Assembly: GCA_045596965.1 (NCBI GenBank)
Contig: JAZODI010000029.1
Location: forward strand, 20,779-84,778
Source: Eubacteriales bacterium
Lineage (GTDB): Bacteria > Bacillota > Clostridia > Oscillospirales > QAKW01
Direction of reading: 5' to 3'
Length of the DNA stretch: 64,000 nt
Part shown: one piece after another, positions 20,038-30,100 of the stretch
Layout of the letters: every line of letters starts with the position of its first letter
Numbering within the stretch: the stretch's first letter is position 1
Notes under the pieces: model-generated
The model's input: only the letters and a program-made list of their open reading frames with translations
What the model was told of the DNA's origin: nothing
Databases searched by the model: none
Made by a program: the position numbers and the translations under genes

Positions 20038-20651
20038 TCGTTTTTCTCGCCGGAGAACTGCGTAATGAAGATAACATAAAGAAACTTATATCGATAGGCC
20101 CATTTGATTTTTTTGCAGCAGATGCCGGGTATCGGTTAGCGAACAAAATGAACCTGACGCTTCATCGCGTTTTTGGGGATTTTGATTCATCGGAAGTGCC
20201 GAATTTACCAAATCTTACCGTATACCCTTGTGAAAAAGATCAGACCGACAGTGAATTAGCCCTTGATCTGGCCATCCAAGATGGATATAAATGTATATGG
20301 ATGATTGCTCCTTTCGGCGGGCGGTTGGATCACACGATGGCTAATATCGCATTGCTTGAAAAGGCAAACAACAATCAGGTGGATCTGAAGCTCTACGACG
20401 GGGAAAACCTTGCGTTTTTACTTGGTGAGGGTAAACATACGCTTGATCCTAAATATCGTTATATATCGTTTTTCCCCATCGAACAGCAAGCAACCATATC
20501 CTTAAATGGTCTTAAATATCCTTTAGACCATCAAACGGTTTTTCGATCGATACCAATGTGTATCAGCAATGAACCGTCTGAAGAATTACCTACTATAGAG
20601 ATTCACGATGGCAAGATCTTATGTATCTGCATCGAACAGGAGGCAATATGA
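20013..20651 (+). CDS. thiN: thiamine diphosphokinase
   Basis: 212 aa. 'ADAGY', 'GDFDS', 'KDQTDSELAL', 'GGRLDH'. Confidence 0.85.
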   Translation: MDQKERKLIVFLAGELRNEDNIKKLISIGPFDFFAADAGYRLANKMNLTLHRVFGDFDSSEVPNLPNLTVYPCEKDQTDSELALDLAIQDGYKCIWMIAPFGGRLDHTMANIALLEKANNNQVDLKLYDGENLAFLLGEGKHTLDPKYRYISFFPIEQQATISLNGLKYPLDHQTVFRSIPMCISNEPSEELPTIEIHDGKILCICIEQEAI

Positions 20652-21040
20652 CAAGACAAAAGCAACGAAAAATTGTATTTCAATTAGTCTATTCCTTAAA
20701 TTATCAAGGAATAGACCAAAAAGAAACTGTTCTACAGGAGTTTTATAATCAACAGGAAAACGCCGATGTGATTCCTTATATCGACGAAACTTTGGCAGGG
20801 ATCTGCGATAATTGGGAGAAAATCGACTATATTATTGAGCCTGCGTTGAAGAATTGGAAAATTAATCGGATCACCCCCGTCTGCTTGGCGATTTTAAGGG
20901 TGGCGGTATATGAACTGAAGTTCAACGAGAACATTCCCAACCGTGTTGCAATCAATGAAGCAATTGAATTGGCTAAGGAATTCGGCGAAGAGGATTCGGG
21001 CAGTTTTGTTCATGGTGTTTTAAGCTATATTGCAAAATGA
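20648..21040 (+). CDS. nusB: transcription antitermination factor NusB
   Basis: 'RQKQRKIVFQLVYSL' and 'NEAIELAKEFGEEDSGSFVHGVL' are typical NusB. The ORF opens at 20621. Confidence 0.9.
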   Translation: MTRQKQRKIVFQLVYSLNYQGIDQKETVLQEFYNQQENADVIPYIDETLAGICDNWEKIDYIIEPALKNWKINRITPVCLAILRVAVYELKFNENIPNRVAINEAIELAKEFGEEDSGSFVHGVLSYIAK

Positions 21041-21044
21041 ATTT

Positions 21045-22262
21045 ATGAAAGAAATCAATGCCATTTCGGTTTCTCAATTAAATACCTATCTCAAGAGCAT
21101 TCTGGAAGCAGACTTAAATCTTCGTGGTGTTTGGGTTTTGGGCGAAATTTCAAACCTAACGATCCATGGGAGCGGTCATATTTATTTTCGCCTGAAGGAT
21201 GAGCAGGGAATCATCAGTGCCGTTATGTTTCGTTCAAGCGCTGCAAAACTGACCTTTCGACCTGAAAACGGCATGAAGATCATGGCTAAGGGAAGCGTAT
21301 CCATCTTTGAAAAGACCGGGGCATATCAACTTTATGTCACTGAAATGAAGCAAGATGGGGCAGGGGACCTTTATGTTGCTCTGGAGCAACTGAAAAAGCA
21401 ACTTGCCGCGGCAGGCATTTTTGCTGAAAGCCATAAACGCCCTATTCCCTTAATGCCCGAGCGAGTTGGTGTTATTACATCGCCAACCGGCGCCGCCATA
21501 AGAGATATCCTTCAAATATTAGGAAGAAGATTTCCATTGGCAGAGGTGGATGTATTTCCTGCGATTGTTCAGGGAGAGCAAGCGCCTTCCTCCTTAATTC
21601 AAGGCATCGACTACTTCGAACGCGCGCATAACGTTGACGTTATAATCATTGGCAGGGGTGGCGGCTCCATTGAAGACCTTTGGGGATTCAATAATCCGGA
21701 TCTTGCTTTGGCGATTTATAATTGTACCATTCCTGTTATTTCCGCAGTCGGGCATGAGACGGATTTTACTATTTGCGATTTTGTTGCAGATCTTCGAGCA
21801 CCCACACCTTCGGGCGCAGCGGAACTTGCCGTTCCGGATCAGCAGGATTTATTGCAACAATTAAAGCAAAATCAAAGAAGACTTTCCGCCGCGTTAAACA
21901 GATCCGTTCAAAACGAACGTAACCGATTGAATCGTTATGTTCAATCTAAAGTACTGACCGACCCCAAGGCATTTACCGATAAGCCCTATATGCTTCTGGA
22001 TCATTTGAACGAACGGCTGCATCGATCCATTGTCACGCATTGTGAGGGATATAAGTATCAAATCGCCAATTCTATAGCCAAATTAGATGCGCTTAGTCCG
22101 CTAAAGATTCTAACGAGGGGCTATTCCTTTGTTCAGGATAAAGGCGGAGCAGTTGTCCAGAAGGCGGCAAATCTTTCGCCAAAGGATATGGTTACACTTC
22201 GTTTTGCAGATGGTTCTGCAGTTTGTGAAGTTCAGGAAATTGAAGAGGTAAAAAACCAATGA
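21045..22262 (+). CDS. xseA: exodeoxyribonuclease VII large subunit
   Basis: OB-fold N-terminus 'VSQLNTYLKSILE...VWVLGEISN' and 'IIGRGGGSIEDLW'. The ORF opens at 21030. Confidence 0.92.
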   Translation: MKEINAISVSQLNTYLKSILEADLNLRGVWVLGEISNLTIHGSGHIYFRLKDEQGIISAVMFRSSAAKLTFRPENGMKIMAKGSVSIFEKTGAYQLYVTEMKQDGAGDLYVALEQLKKQLAAAGIFAESHKRPIPLMPERVGVITSPTGAAIRDILQILGRRFPLAEVDVFPAIVQGEQAPSSLIQGIDYFERAHNVDVIIIGRGGGSIEDLWGFNNPDLALAIYNCTIPVISAVGHETDFTICDFVADLRAPTPSGAAELAVPDQQDLLQQLKQNQRRLSAALNRSVQNERNRLNRYVQSKVLTDPKAFTDKPYMLLDHLNERLHRSIVTHCEGYKYQIANSIAKLDALSPLKILTRGYSFVQDKGGAVVQKAANLSPKDMVTLRFADGSAVCEVQEIEEVKNQ

Positions 22263-22471
22263 GTAATGAAATTAAATTTGAAGACGCCATGAAGAGACTC
22301 GGCGAAGTTGTTCGTGTCTTGGAAAGCGGCGAGGCTTCTTTGGATGAATCAATTGCACTTTTTGAAGAAGGTATCAAGCTTAGCAAGAGATGCACTGATC
22401 TTTTGGAAAAAGCAGAACAAAAGGTTCGTTTTTTGCAGGAAGAACAGGCGGAGATTTCAGAAGATGAATAA
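22259..22471 (+). CDS. xseB: exodeoxyribonuclease VII small subunit
   Basis: 70 aa. 'FEDAMKRLGEVVRVLESGEASLDESIALFEEG'. Confidence 0.9.
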   Translation: MSNEIKFEDAMKRLGEVVRVLESGEASLDESIALFEEGIKLSKRCTDLLEKAEQKVRFLQEEQAEISEDE

Positions 22472-23321
22472 AGAGTTTTTGGATAAAAAACAATTGGTGG
22501 ATCAGCAGATTGAAAAGGCGATGGAATCTGCCACCTTTAAAAACTCACCACTATATCCCGCCATCCATTATGCGGTAACCGCCCCGGGTAAACGAATTCG
22601 AGGCGTACTGACCCTGGCGTTTTGCGAACGTCTTTCCGTATCCTTGGAAGAGGCCCTTCCTTTTGCGGTGTCGCTGGAACTGATTCACGCCTATTCGCTG
22701 GTACATGACGATCTTCCCGAAATGGATAATGATGATTACCGCCGCGGATTACCCACCTGCCATAAAAAATTTGGCAATGCAATGGCCCTTTTGGCAGGGG
22801 ATGCCATTTTAAACTATTCTATAGAATACATTTTAAAAAACAAAAAATTATATCAACCTGATCGTCTTCTTAATGCAATTGACGTTCTTTATAATGCTTC
22901 CGGAGCAGAGGGAATGCTTGGCGGACAAGCTATTGATAAGATTGGAGAAACCCGCCAATTATCCTTGGAAGAGCTTTTAGAACTCCATAACAAAAAGACA
23001 GGTGCATTGCTTTTGGCACCGATCTTAATTGCGAATGCGCTTGCGGATAGAAACGAACAAAGTTATGTAAACTATTCAAAACATATTGGTTTAGCCTTTC
23101 AAATCAAAGATGATATTTTGGATGTTGAAGGCTCTGCCGAAAAATTAGGTAAAGAAATCGGCAAAGATGCAGAAGAGAATAAATCCACCTTTGTCTCAAT
23201 TATGGGTTTGGATTCTGCAAAAGAATATTTGCGCAATGAATTGGCGTCCGCAACAAAAGAGGCGGAAGGGGATCCGTTTTTAATCTGGCTTGTTGAATAT
23301 ATCGGCGGCCGCGACCACTAA
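22464..23321 (+). CDS. ispA: (2E,6E)-farnesyl diphosphate synthase / polyprenyl synthetase
   Basis: First Asp-rich motif 'LVHDDLPEMDNDDYRRG', second 'KDDILD'. The ORF opens at 22308; the ATG at 22464 overlapping the xseB end is the likely start. Confidence 0.88.
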   Translation: MNKEFLDKKQLVDQQIEKAMESATFKNSPLYPAIHYAVTAPGKRIRGVLTLAFCERLSVSLEEALPFAVSLELIHAYSLVHDDLPEMDNDDYRRGLPTCHKKFGNAMALLAGDAILNYSIEYILKNKKLYQPDRLLNAIDVLYNASGAEGMLGGQAIDKIGETRQLSLEELLELHNKKTGALLLAPILIANALADRNEQSYVNYSKHIGLAFQIKDDILDVEGSAEKLGKEIGKDAEENKSTFVSIMGLDSAKEYLRNELASATKEAEGDPFLIWLVEYIGGRDH

Positions 23322-23341
23322 TCTGTAAAGGAGGGGAAACC

Positions 23342-25207
23342 TTGCAAGAATTCAATTTTTTAAATCAAATAAAACATCCTGATGACATTAAGGAATTTAA
23401 TTATGAGGATATTGCCGTTCTTGGCGAGGAAATCCGCTCCTGCCTGATTAATGGCATATCCCATACCGGCGGCCATCTTGCAAGCAATTTGGGAGTCGTT
23501 GAACTGACTATGGCGATTCATCGTGTTTTTGATTCCCCCAAGGACCAGGTTGTCTTTGATGTTGGCCATCAATGCTATGTTCATAAACTTCTGACCGGGC
23601 GTTATGGTCAATTTAAATCTCTGCGCCAGGAAGGCGGTCTATCGGGTTTTCCCGATCCAAAAGAAAGCGATCACGATATTTTAAAAACAGGACACAGCTC
23701 TACCGCTATATCTTCCGCAGTCGGTCTGGTCAATGCCCTTCAGCTGAAAGGGGAGACCGATCGCCATGTTGTTGCTGTTGTGGGGGATGGCGCAATGACC
23801 GGCGGATTATCCTATGAAGGGTTAAATAACGGCGGAAAATTCCGCGGAAATCTCATCATTATCTTGAATGATAACGATATGAGTATTTCCCCAAATGTCG
23901 GTTCCTTTGCAGATTATCTTTCTAAGATCCGTTCTCGCCAAGGATATTTCCGATTCAAGGATTTTCTCACCCGAACAACCAATGCAACCCCCGTTATCGG
24001 CAAACCTCTTTATCGCTTGTTTCAAAGAATTAAGAATGCAATAAAATCCATGTTTTATCAAGGAAATATTTTCGAAAACATGGGTTTTGCATATCTTGGC
24101 CCTATCGATGGGCATAATCAAAAAACTCTTGAGCGTGTTTTAAAACGTGCCAAGAACCTGCAAAAACCCTGCCTTGTCCACGTAAAGACTGTAAAGGGAA
24201 AAGGCTATACATTTGCAGAAAACCAGCCCACCGCTTATCATGGGCTTGGTGCCTTTGATATTGAAACAGGGAAGCATACTCCCAAGGTGAAAGCGGACTT
24301 TTCCGAAATTTTCGGTGAAGAACTTTGTAAAATAGCAGAAAATGATCCGAAAATCTGTGCCATTACCGCGGCAATGACTCCCGGATGCGGTTTATCCGAG
24401 TTTTCAAACCGTTTCCCCGATCGGTTCTTTGATGTCGGTATTGCAGAACAACACGCCCTTACCTTTGCAGGCGGTTTAGCCAAAAATGGAATGAAACCTG
24501 TTTTTGCAGTATATTCCTCTTTCCTTCAAAGGGGATATGATCAGATTATCCACGATCTGGCATTGCAGAACTATCCTGTAACCGTTTGCGTTGACCGCGC
24601 CGGAATTGTTGGTGAAGACGGTGAGACCCATCAAGGCCTTTTTGATATCCCCATGCTATTGCCGATTCCCAATATTTCAATTTATTCCCCTACTTCCTAT
24701 GATGATCTAAGAGTTGTTCTCCATCGTTGCCTTACAAGTGGAGAGGGAATTTCCGCCATTCGATATCCGCGCGGATTTGAGCCCGATATGGTGCTCCCCT
24801 TTAAAAAGCACAATGAAGATGTGGAATGGAGCGGGACATCAAACGAATTATGTATTATTTCCTACGGCAGAGAGGTGGTTGCCTGCCTCCAAGGAATTCG
24901 ATTGGCTAAAACTCCCGTCTCCTTTTTGAAACTCAATAAAATTTATCCCATCTCGGATGATGTTATTAAGAAGTTGCTCTCCTTCAAACGAATCCTCTTT
25001 GTTGAAGAAGGTTATCAGCAAGGTAGCATCGGTTCCTATCTCGGCAATCAATTGATTAACCGCCAATATAAAGGTATATATCGTAATTTTGGCATTAACA
25101 ATCAATTTTTGAAATCCGGAAAGCCTGATCAGCTGCTGAAGGAGACCCATCTGGATGGCGAGAGTATTGCCCGCATGATTCAAAAAATCGGAGAAATGAA
25201 TGCATGA
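23342..25207 (+). CDS. dxs: 1-deoxy-D-xylulose-5-phosphate synthase
   Basis: 621 aa. 'GGHLASNLGVVELT', TPP motif 'GDGAMTGG...NDN'. TTG start. Confidence 0.95.
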   Translation: MQEFNFLNQIKHPDDIKEFNYEDIAVLGEEIRSCLINGISHTGGHLASNLGVVELTMAIHRVFDSPKDQVVFDVGHQCYVHKLLTGRYGQFKSLRQEGGLSGFPDPKESDHDILKTGHSSTAISSAVGLVNALQLKGETDRHVVAVVGDGAMTGGLSYEGLNNGGKFRGNLIIILNDNDMSISPNVGSFADYLSKIRSRQGYFRFKDFLTRTTNATPVIGKPLYRLFQRIKNAIKSMFYQGNIFENMGFAYLGPIDGHNQKTLERVLKRAKNLQKPCLVHVKTVKGKGYTFAENQPTAYHGLGAFDIETGKHTPKVKADFSEIFGEELCKIAENDPKICAITAAMTPGCGLSEFSNRFPDRFFDVGIAEQHALTFAGGLAKNGMKPVFAVYSSFLQRGYDQIIHDLALQNYPVTVCVDRAGIVGEDGETHQGLFDIPMLLPIPNISIYSPTSYDDLRVVLHRCLTSGEGISAIRYPRGFEPDMVLPFKKHNEDVEWSGTSNELCIISYGREVVACLQGIRLAKTPVSFLKLNKIYPISDDVIKKLLSFKRILFVEEGYQQGSIGSYLGNQLINRQYKGIYRNFGINNQFLKSGKPDQLLKETHLDGESIARMIQKIGEMNA

Positions 25208-25995
25208 GATTGGATTTGTATTTAACCAACAGAGGCGATTTCGATAGCCGAAATAAGGCGGCAGCGGCAATCAAAGAGGGCCGTTATGCCATTAATGGGA
25301 AAACAGTTTCCAAACCTTCTTATGATATTTCTGAGCATGATGAAATAACGATATTAAAGGAAACCAACGTTTATGTTGCTCGATCTGCATATAAACTTCT
25401 CCATGCAAACCGTCAATTTAACCTCGATTGGTCCGGAAAAACCGTAGCGGATTTTGGGGCATCAACCGGCGGATTTTGCCAAGTTTTGCTGGAATGTGAT
25501 GCCAAGAGGATCTACGCTGTAGACATTGGAACAGCCCAGCTGCATCCAACCATTAAAAATGATCCGCGCATTGTTAATATGGAACATCATAATGCTCGTT
25601 ACCTTAATGCAGGTGATTTTGCGGAACCCATTGATGCAATCACTGCAGATCTATCCTTTATTTCAATCAAAGCGGTTCTGCCTGCAATCCGCGACACTTT
25701 GGCTGAATGGGGAGAGGCAATCGTTTTGATCAAGCCGCAATTCGAGGCAGGCCCGCAGAATTTAAGTAAGAACGGCGTTGTTCGCGACCGTAAGGTTCAG
25801 TTTCATATCATTGAAGAGGTTGCTTTATTTGCAGAAAACTGTGGTTTCGGAATCAAGGGGATCTCTTTTAGCGGATTAGCCGGCGAGAGCGGCAATCGCG
25901 AATATCTTCTTAATTTAACGAAGGGTGAATCATCATCCATCGATATTCCTACCGCCGCCCACGCAGCGGTATATTCGGAGGATCATTATGAATAA
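25204..25995 (+). CDS. tlyA: TlyA-family rRNA (cytidine-2'-O)-methyltransferase
   Basis: 263 aa. S4 domain 'RLDLYL', FtsJ-type 'DFGASTGGF'. Confidence 0.88.
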   Translation: MRLDLYLTNRGDFDSRNKAAAAIKEGRYAINGKTVSKPSYDISEHDEITILKETNVYVARSAYKLLHANRQFNLDWSGKTVADFGASTGGFCQVLLECDAKRIYAVDIGTAQLHPTIKNDPRIVNMEHHNARYLNAGDFAEPIDAITADLSFISIKAVLPAIRDTLAEWGEAIVLIKPQFEAGPQNLSKNGVVRDRKVQFHIIEEVALFAENCGFGIKGISFSGLAGESGNREYLLNLTKGESSSIDIPTAAHAAVYSEDHYE

Positions 25996-26842
25996 AATCG
26001 GAATTATTGTGAACCCCGAAAAAGATCCTGAACTGAATTGCTTAAATCAGGTTCTGGATCTTTTAAATGAAACGGATTATACCTATTCTGTATCCTGTTG
26101 CAATTATAAGCCGGATATTCCTTTTGACTTCTCATCGCCGGAAGAATGCTTTTCCGACGCTTCGTTGGTACTTACCTTGGGCGGAGACGGCACTCTTTTG
26201 AGAGCGGCCTCCTATGCCAATCAGTATGATGTGCCGCTTTTGGGGATCAATCTTGGCCATCTTGGATTTTTGGCCGAATTGGAAGGGAACGAGCTTCGCG
26301 TGCTTCCTGAGATCCTAAGCAACGGGTTTGAATGTACTGAACGGATGATGCTCAAGGTATCGGTTATTCGCGAAGGAGAAAGCATTATTGAAACCACCGC
26401 ATTGAATGATGCGGTTATCCGAAGTAATAACGGAAAACCGGCTCATATCGTTATTGCAGATCATAGTATCGACCTGTTGGATTACTTTTGTGACGGTTTT
26501 ATTATTGCCACCCCGACCGGTTCAACCGCTTATTCTATGAGTGCCGGCGGACCGATTTTAGAGCCGCGTTCGGATAGCATTGTTGTAACCCCTATTTGCC
26601 CCCATACATTAGGCTCAAGGTCCGTTGTTTTCGGCACCGCCCAAAAAGAATTGGATGTACGAGTAGCCAATGCAGAGCGTATACAACCTATTTTGGAATG
26701 CGACGGAGCGGAACTTGCCCGCCTTTCCGAAGGCGATTACGTTTCGATCACCCGCCATGTCAAGCCGTTGCGTTTAGTTAAACTAAACAATAAAAGTTTT
26801 TATAAAGTGCTGAATGAGAAAATCAGCCGGAGGATGTCATGA
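25988..26842 (+). CDS. nadK: NAD kinase
   Basis: 'LGGDGTLL', 'GINLGHLGFL', 'ATPTGSTAYSMSAGGP'. The ORF opens at 25925. Confidence 0.9.
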   Translation: MNKIGIIVNPEKDPELNCLNQVLDLLNETDYTYSVSCCNYKPDIPFDFSSPEECFSDASLVLTLGGDGTLLRAASYANQYDVPLLGINLGHLGFLAELEGNELRVLPEILSNGFECTERMMLKVSVIREGESIIETTALNDAVIRSNNGKPAHIVIADHSIDLLDYFCDGFIIATPTGSTAYSMSAGGPILEPRSDSIVVTPICPHTLGSRSVVFGTAQKELDVRVANAERIQPILECDGAELARLSEGDYVSITRHVKPLRLVKLNNKSFYKVLNEKISRRMS

Positions 26843-27291
26843 AAAATTTAAGGCAAGAGGCTATACTCAAGATCATTGATGAGCAAGCTGTTTTTACCCA
26901 GGAAATGTTGGTTTCCATCCTGCAAGATCAGGGGTGGAATGTAACCCAAGCAACCGTTTCCCGCGACATTAAGGCGCTTGGCTTGCGCAAGGCCTCCGAC
27001 GGGAGAGGGACTCGCTATGTGAAACCTTCAGCCGGAACGCCGCCGTTGCCGACCCAGGTTCATGCCAACACCATACTGAATAACGGTATCATTGACGTTA
27101 TCAATGCGCAGAACTTTGTGATTGTTAAATGTTATGCCGGAATGGCGGGAGCGGTTTGCGCAACCATCGATAGCATGCATCTCCAGGGTGTTGCCGGCTC
27201 TATTGCGGGGGACGACACTATTTTTATCTGCACCCTTGATAATGAATTTGCTGTTAAAATTAAATCCCTTCTGATCAGTGTAAAGGAATAG
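26839..27291 (+). CDS. argR: arginine repressor
   Basis: 150 aa. Winged helix 'TQATVSRDIKALGL', C-terminal 'GSIAGDDTIF'. Confidence 0.9.
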   Translation: MKNLRQEAILKIIDEQAVFTQEMLVSILQDQGWNVTQATVSRDIKALGLRKASDGRGTRYVKPSAGTPPLPTQVHANTILNNGIIDVINAQNFVIVKCYAGMAGAVCATIDSMHLQGVAGSIAGDDTIFICTLDNEFAVKIKSLLISVKE

Positions 27292-27300
27292 GAGCAAGTA

Positions 27301-28980
27301 ATGTTAACTGCACTGCATATTGAAAATATAGCTATTATTGATCAACTGGATGTTGAATTTCAAAAAGGCTTTTCGGTACTGACGGGTGAAACCGGCGCAG
27401 GCAAAAGTATTATCATTGACTCCATTCAATTGCTGCTGGGAAATAAGGCATCGAAGAACCTGATTCGAACAGGTGCGGAACATGGGGTTGTCAGCGCTTG
27501 TTTTTGCGATCTTTCCAAAGAGGCACTTGATATTTTGCGTGAAAACGAGTTATCTCCCGATGAAGATGGTAATATTACCATCTATCGAAAAATCGGTGCA
27601 GACGGTCGTAATAATGCGCGTATTAACGGTGTGTCCGTCATTGTTTCTCTGCTAAAACAGTTGGGAGAACACCTGGTTAACATCCACGGTCAACATGATG
27701 GGGTATTATTATTGGATCCCCGGCGTCACCTTGGTTATCTCGATGAATTCGGAAATATCGAATGCGAAGAGTATTCTAAAGCATACGCAAAGGTCAAAGG
27801 CCTTCGTGACGCATTGACAAAAACCAAACAGGACGAATTGAATAAAGAATCCCGCCGCGCAGAACTCGCTTTATATCTCGAGGAATTGGATCGCTGTGAT
27901 CTGAAGATGGGGGAATACGACGATTTAATGAACCGTCGAAAGAACCTGATGCTGACCGCCGATATCACCGAGGCCTTAAATGTTGCGGCCAATGCCGTTT
28001 ATGATGGTGAGATGCCCGCCGCCCAACAAGTCAAGATTGCGTTGGACAGTATTATTTCCATCGAAAAAAGTTTACCCCAGGGGGAGGAACTTTCTAAACG
28101 CCTAACGCAGCTTTCTGCAGAATTAGACGATATCGGCGCAGAACTCGGGAAATTATTCGATCATTATGCCGGCGAGCAATCGGATCCCGATCAAATTGAA
28201 AATCGCTTGGATGAATTGGATAAGATTAAGAAAAAATATGGTCCCGCCGATGAGCAAGTGTTGGCATGCCGCAAGCGTTATCGCGAAGAATTTGATCATC
28301 TGGACCAAGGGACTGAGTACATTGAATCTCTTGAAAAGGAGTTTGTCGAGGCTCGAGCTGTATTGGATCGTTGTGCGCAGGCACTTTCTGCGCAACGATG
28401 CAAAGCGGCCGAAAAGATGGAAAAACGCCTTCAGGATGAACTTGCCTATCTAGATATGCCGAAAATTAAATTTCAAGTTCTGGTAGAGGATCGCCTCAAT
28501 GAGCGCGGCGGCATTCGTTACCGGGATGACGGTAAGGATCATGTTGAATTCTTTCTCTCTGCCAACGCCGGCGAGACCCCGCGTCCATTGGCAAAAATTG
28601 CCTCGGGTGGCGAGCTTTCGCGCATTATGCTTTCGATGAAATCGGTTTTGAACCAAGGCTTTGATACTGTCATTTATGACGAAGTCGATACCGGCGTTTC
28701 CGGTGCAACGGCCGAGAAGATTGGCAAAAAACTACAGTTCGGAGCAGGGGAGCGTCAGGTGTTTTCCATCACCCATCTTGCGCAGATTGCCGCCTGTGCA
28801 GACCATCACTATAAGGTCTCCAAATCAACTGTAGATGGTCGTGTCCAATCTCAAATACACCTTTTAAGTCGAGAAGAAAGGGTGGGCGAAATTGCCCGTA
28901 TTATGGGCGGTGAGGAGCTTTCCGATACTCTCTTAATGAGCGCGGAAGAAATGATAAATAATAATAAAAATAAAGATTGA
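27301..28980 (+). CDS. recN: DNA repair protein RecN
   Basis: 559 aa. 'LTGETGAGKSI', long coiled coil, C-terminal 'ASGGELSRIML...YDEVDTG'. Confidence 0.93.
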   Translation: MLTALHIENIAIIDQLDVEFQKGFSVLTGETGAGKSIIIDSIQLLLGNKASKNLIRTGAEHGVVSACFCDLSKEALDILRENELSPDEDGNITIYRKIGADGRNNARINGVSVIVSLLKQLGEHLVNIHGQHDGVLLLDPRRHLGYLDEFGNIECEEYSKAYAKVKGLRDALTKTKQDELNKESRRAELALYLEELDRCDLKMGEYDDLMNRRKNLMLTADITEALNVAANAVYDGEMPAAQQVKIALDSIISIEKSLPQGEELSKRLTQLSAELDDIGAELGKLFDHYAGEQSDPDQIENRLDELDKIKKKYGPADEQVLACRKRYREEFDHLDQGTEYIESLEKEFVEARAVLDRCAQALSAQRCKAAEKMEKRLQDELAYLDMPKIKFQVLVEDRLNERGGIRYRDDGKDHVEFFLSANAGETPRPLAKIASGGELSRIMLSMKSVLNQGFDTVIYDEVDTGVSGATAEKIGKKLQFGAGERQVFSITHLAQIAACADHHYKVSKSTVDGRVQSQIHLLSREERVGEIARIMGGEELSDTLLMSAEEMINNNKNKD

Positions 28981-29005
28981 CATTCCAAAATGTGTATGTT
29001 ATAAT
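28977..29005 (+). promoter_or_regulatory. consensus sigma-A promoter of the rplU-prp-rpmA operon
   Basis: TTGACA (28977-28982, overlapping the recN stop), exact 17-nt spacer, TATAAT (29000-29005). Confidence 0.7.
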
Positions 29006-29011
29006 CTTTTA

Positions 29012-29087
29012 AGCCGCGTATGTCAGGTCTTAATGGGAAACCAACCTGCCATAGCGAGTTTTCTATAAGAAAGTGAGGTGCTTTGTA
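29012..29087 (+). promoter_or_regulatory. possible ribosomal protein L21 leader
   Basis: About 75-nt 5' UTR with hairpin 'caggt...acctg' upstream of rplU. Position matches the Firmicute L21-leader family. Not verified by covariance model. Confidence 0.35.
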
Positions 29088-29420
29088 ATGTACGCAATTT
29101 TTGAAACCGGCGGTAAGCAATACAAAGTGCAGGAAGGCGACACTCTTTTCATTGAAAAGTTGGACGCCGAAAACGACAGTGTTGTTACCTTTGACAAGGT
29201 GGTTAGCGTTGGCGAAGGCAAGAAGCTGAAGATCGGTAAGCCCTATGTTAAGGGTGCTACCGTCGAAGCAACCGTGATCAAGAGCGGTAAGGAAAAGAAG
29301 ATCATCGTTTATAAGATGAAGCCCAAGAAGAACTACCGCAGAAAGCAGGGTCATAGACAGCCCTATACCAAGATCCAGATCAATACCATCAACGCCACCG
29401 CGCCCAAGGCTGAAGCATAA
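29088..29420 (+). CDS. rplU: 50S ribosomal protein L21
   Basis: '[18 protein letters not shown]'. The ORF opens at 29073. Confidence 0.95.
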   Translation: MYAIFETGGKQYKVQEGDTLFIEKLDAENDSVVTFDKVVSVGEGKKLKIGKPYVKGATVEATVIKSGKEKKIIVYKMKPKKNYRRKQGHRQPYTKIQINTINATAPKAEA

Positions 29421-29424
29421 ATTT

Positions 29425-29745
29425 ATGACGATCCTCAGGATCTACCGTAAAGGAACGCTTTATACCGGCTTTGAATGCGAAGGGCATAGCGGATATGCCG
29501 AAGCAGGGAGCGATATTGTATGCGCTGCTGTTTCAACCGCTGTCCAGTATTGCATCAACTGCGGTGAAAAAATCGATCGGGTTCCGATGCAGCTTACCAT
29601 TGATCAGGATGCTGCGTTGATCCGATGTTTCAGCAAAAAACCAAACGCTCAGTTTTCAAAACATATTGAGATCTTGGTTGAGCTGGGAGAAAGCATTGCA
29701 AAGGATTATGCAATGTATTTTAACCTTGAAATAATGGAGGTGTAA
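29425..29745 (+). CDS. prp: ribosomal-processing cysteine protease Prp
   Basis: 106 aa. 'GHSGYAEAGSDIVCAAVS'. Lies between rplU and rpmA. Confidence 0.85.
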   Translation: MTILRIYRKGTLYTGFECEGHSGYAEAGSDIVCAAVSTAVQYCINCGEKIDRVPMQLTIDQDAALIRCFSKKPNAQFSKHIEILVELGESIAKDYAMYFNLEIMEV

Positions 29746-29748
29746 CAA

Positions 29749-30027
29749 ATGTTGTTTAATATTCAGTTTTTTGCGCATAAAAAAGGTATGGGCTCTACCA
29801 AGAACGGCAGAGATTCCGAATCCAAGCGCCTGGGTGTGAAGAGAGCCGACGGTCAGTTTGTTCTGGCCGGCAATATTCTGGTTACCCAGAGAGGGACAAA
29901 GATCCATCCCGGTAACAATGTAGGCCGTGCTTCCAACGACTCTTTGTTTGCTCTGATCGACGGCAAAGTGAAGTTCGAGCGTATTGGCCGCGACAGAAAA
30001 AAGGTTTCTGTTTACGCTGTAGAGTAA
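29749..30027 (+). CDS. rpmA: 50S ribosomal protein L27 (with Prp-cleaved N-terminal extension)
   Basis: 92 aa. '[17 protein letters not shown]'. Confidence 0.95.
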   Translation: MLFNIQFFAHKKGMGSTKNGRDSESKRLGVKRADGQFVLAGNILVTQRGTKIHPGNNVGRASNDSLFALIDGKVKFERIGRDRKKVSVYAVE

Positions 30028-30035
30028 TTCAGCAT

Positions 30036-30066
30036 AAAAATCCCGGATCTTTCCGGGATTTTTTTC
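30036..30066 (+). terminator. rho-independent terminator after rpmA
   Basis: Stem 'atcccgga'/'tccgggat' plus a T-run. Confidence 0.8.
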
Positions 30067-30100
30067 GTTTAAATCCAATCGCAAAGGAGACGATTGCATC

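Noticed and set aside
20013-20651. Absence of ribulose-phosphate 3-epimerase (rpe) between rsgA and thiN, as a deletion scar
   Set aside because: The gene order varies among Clostridia. The rsgA and thiN ORFs overlap cleanly with no remnant sequence, so there is nothing to support a recent deletion.
8747-26842. N-terminal extensions in the ORF track (gmk 8747, priA 9504, metallopeptidase 13348, prkC 17084, nusB 20621, xseA 21030, ispA 22308, nadK 25925; later also rplU, cohesin, EcfAA'S, pheB-like, ytvI, HD)
   Set aside because: In each case an internal ATG sits just after or overlapping the upstream stop, has a better RBS, and matches the conserved N-terminus of the family. The extensions are treated as artefacts of longest-ORF calling, not as real overlaps.
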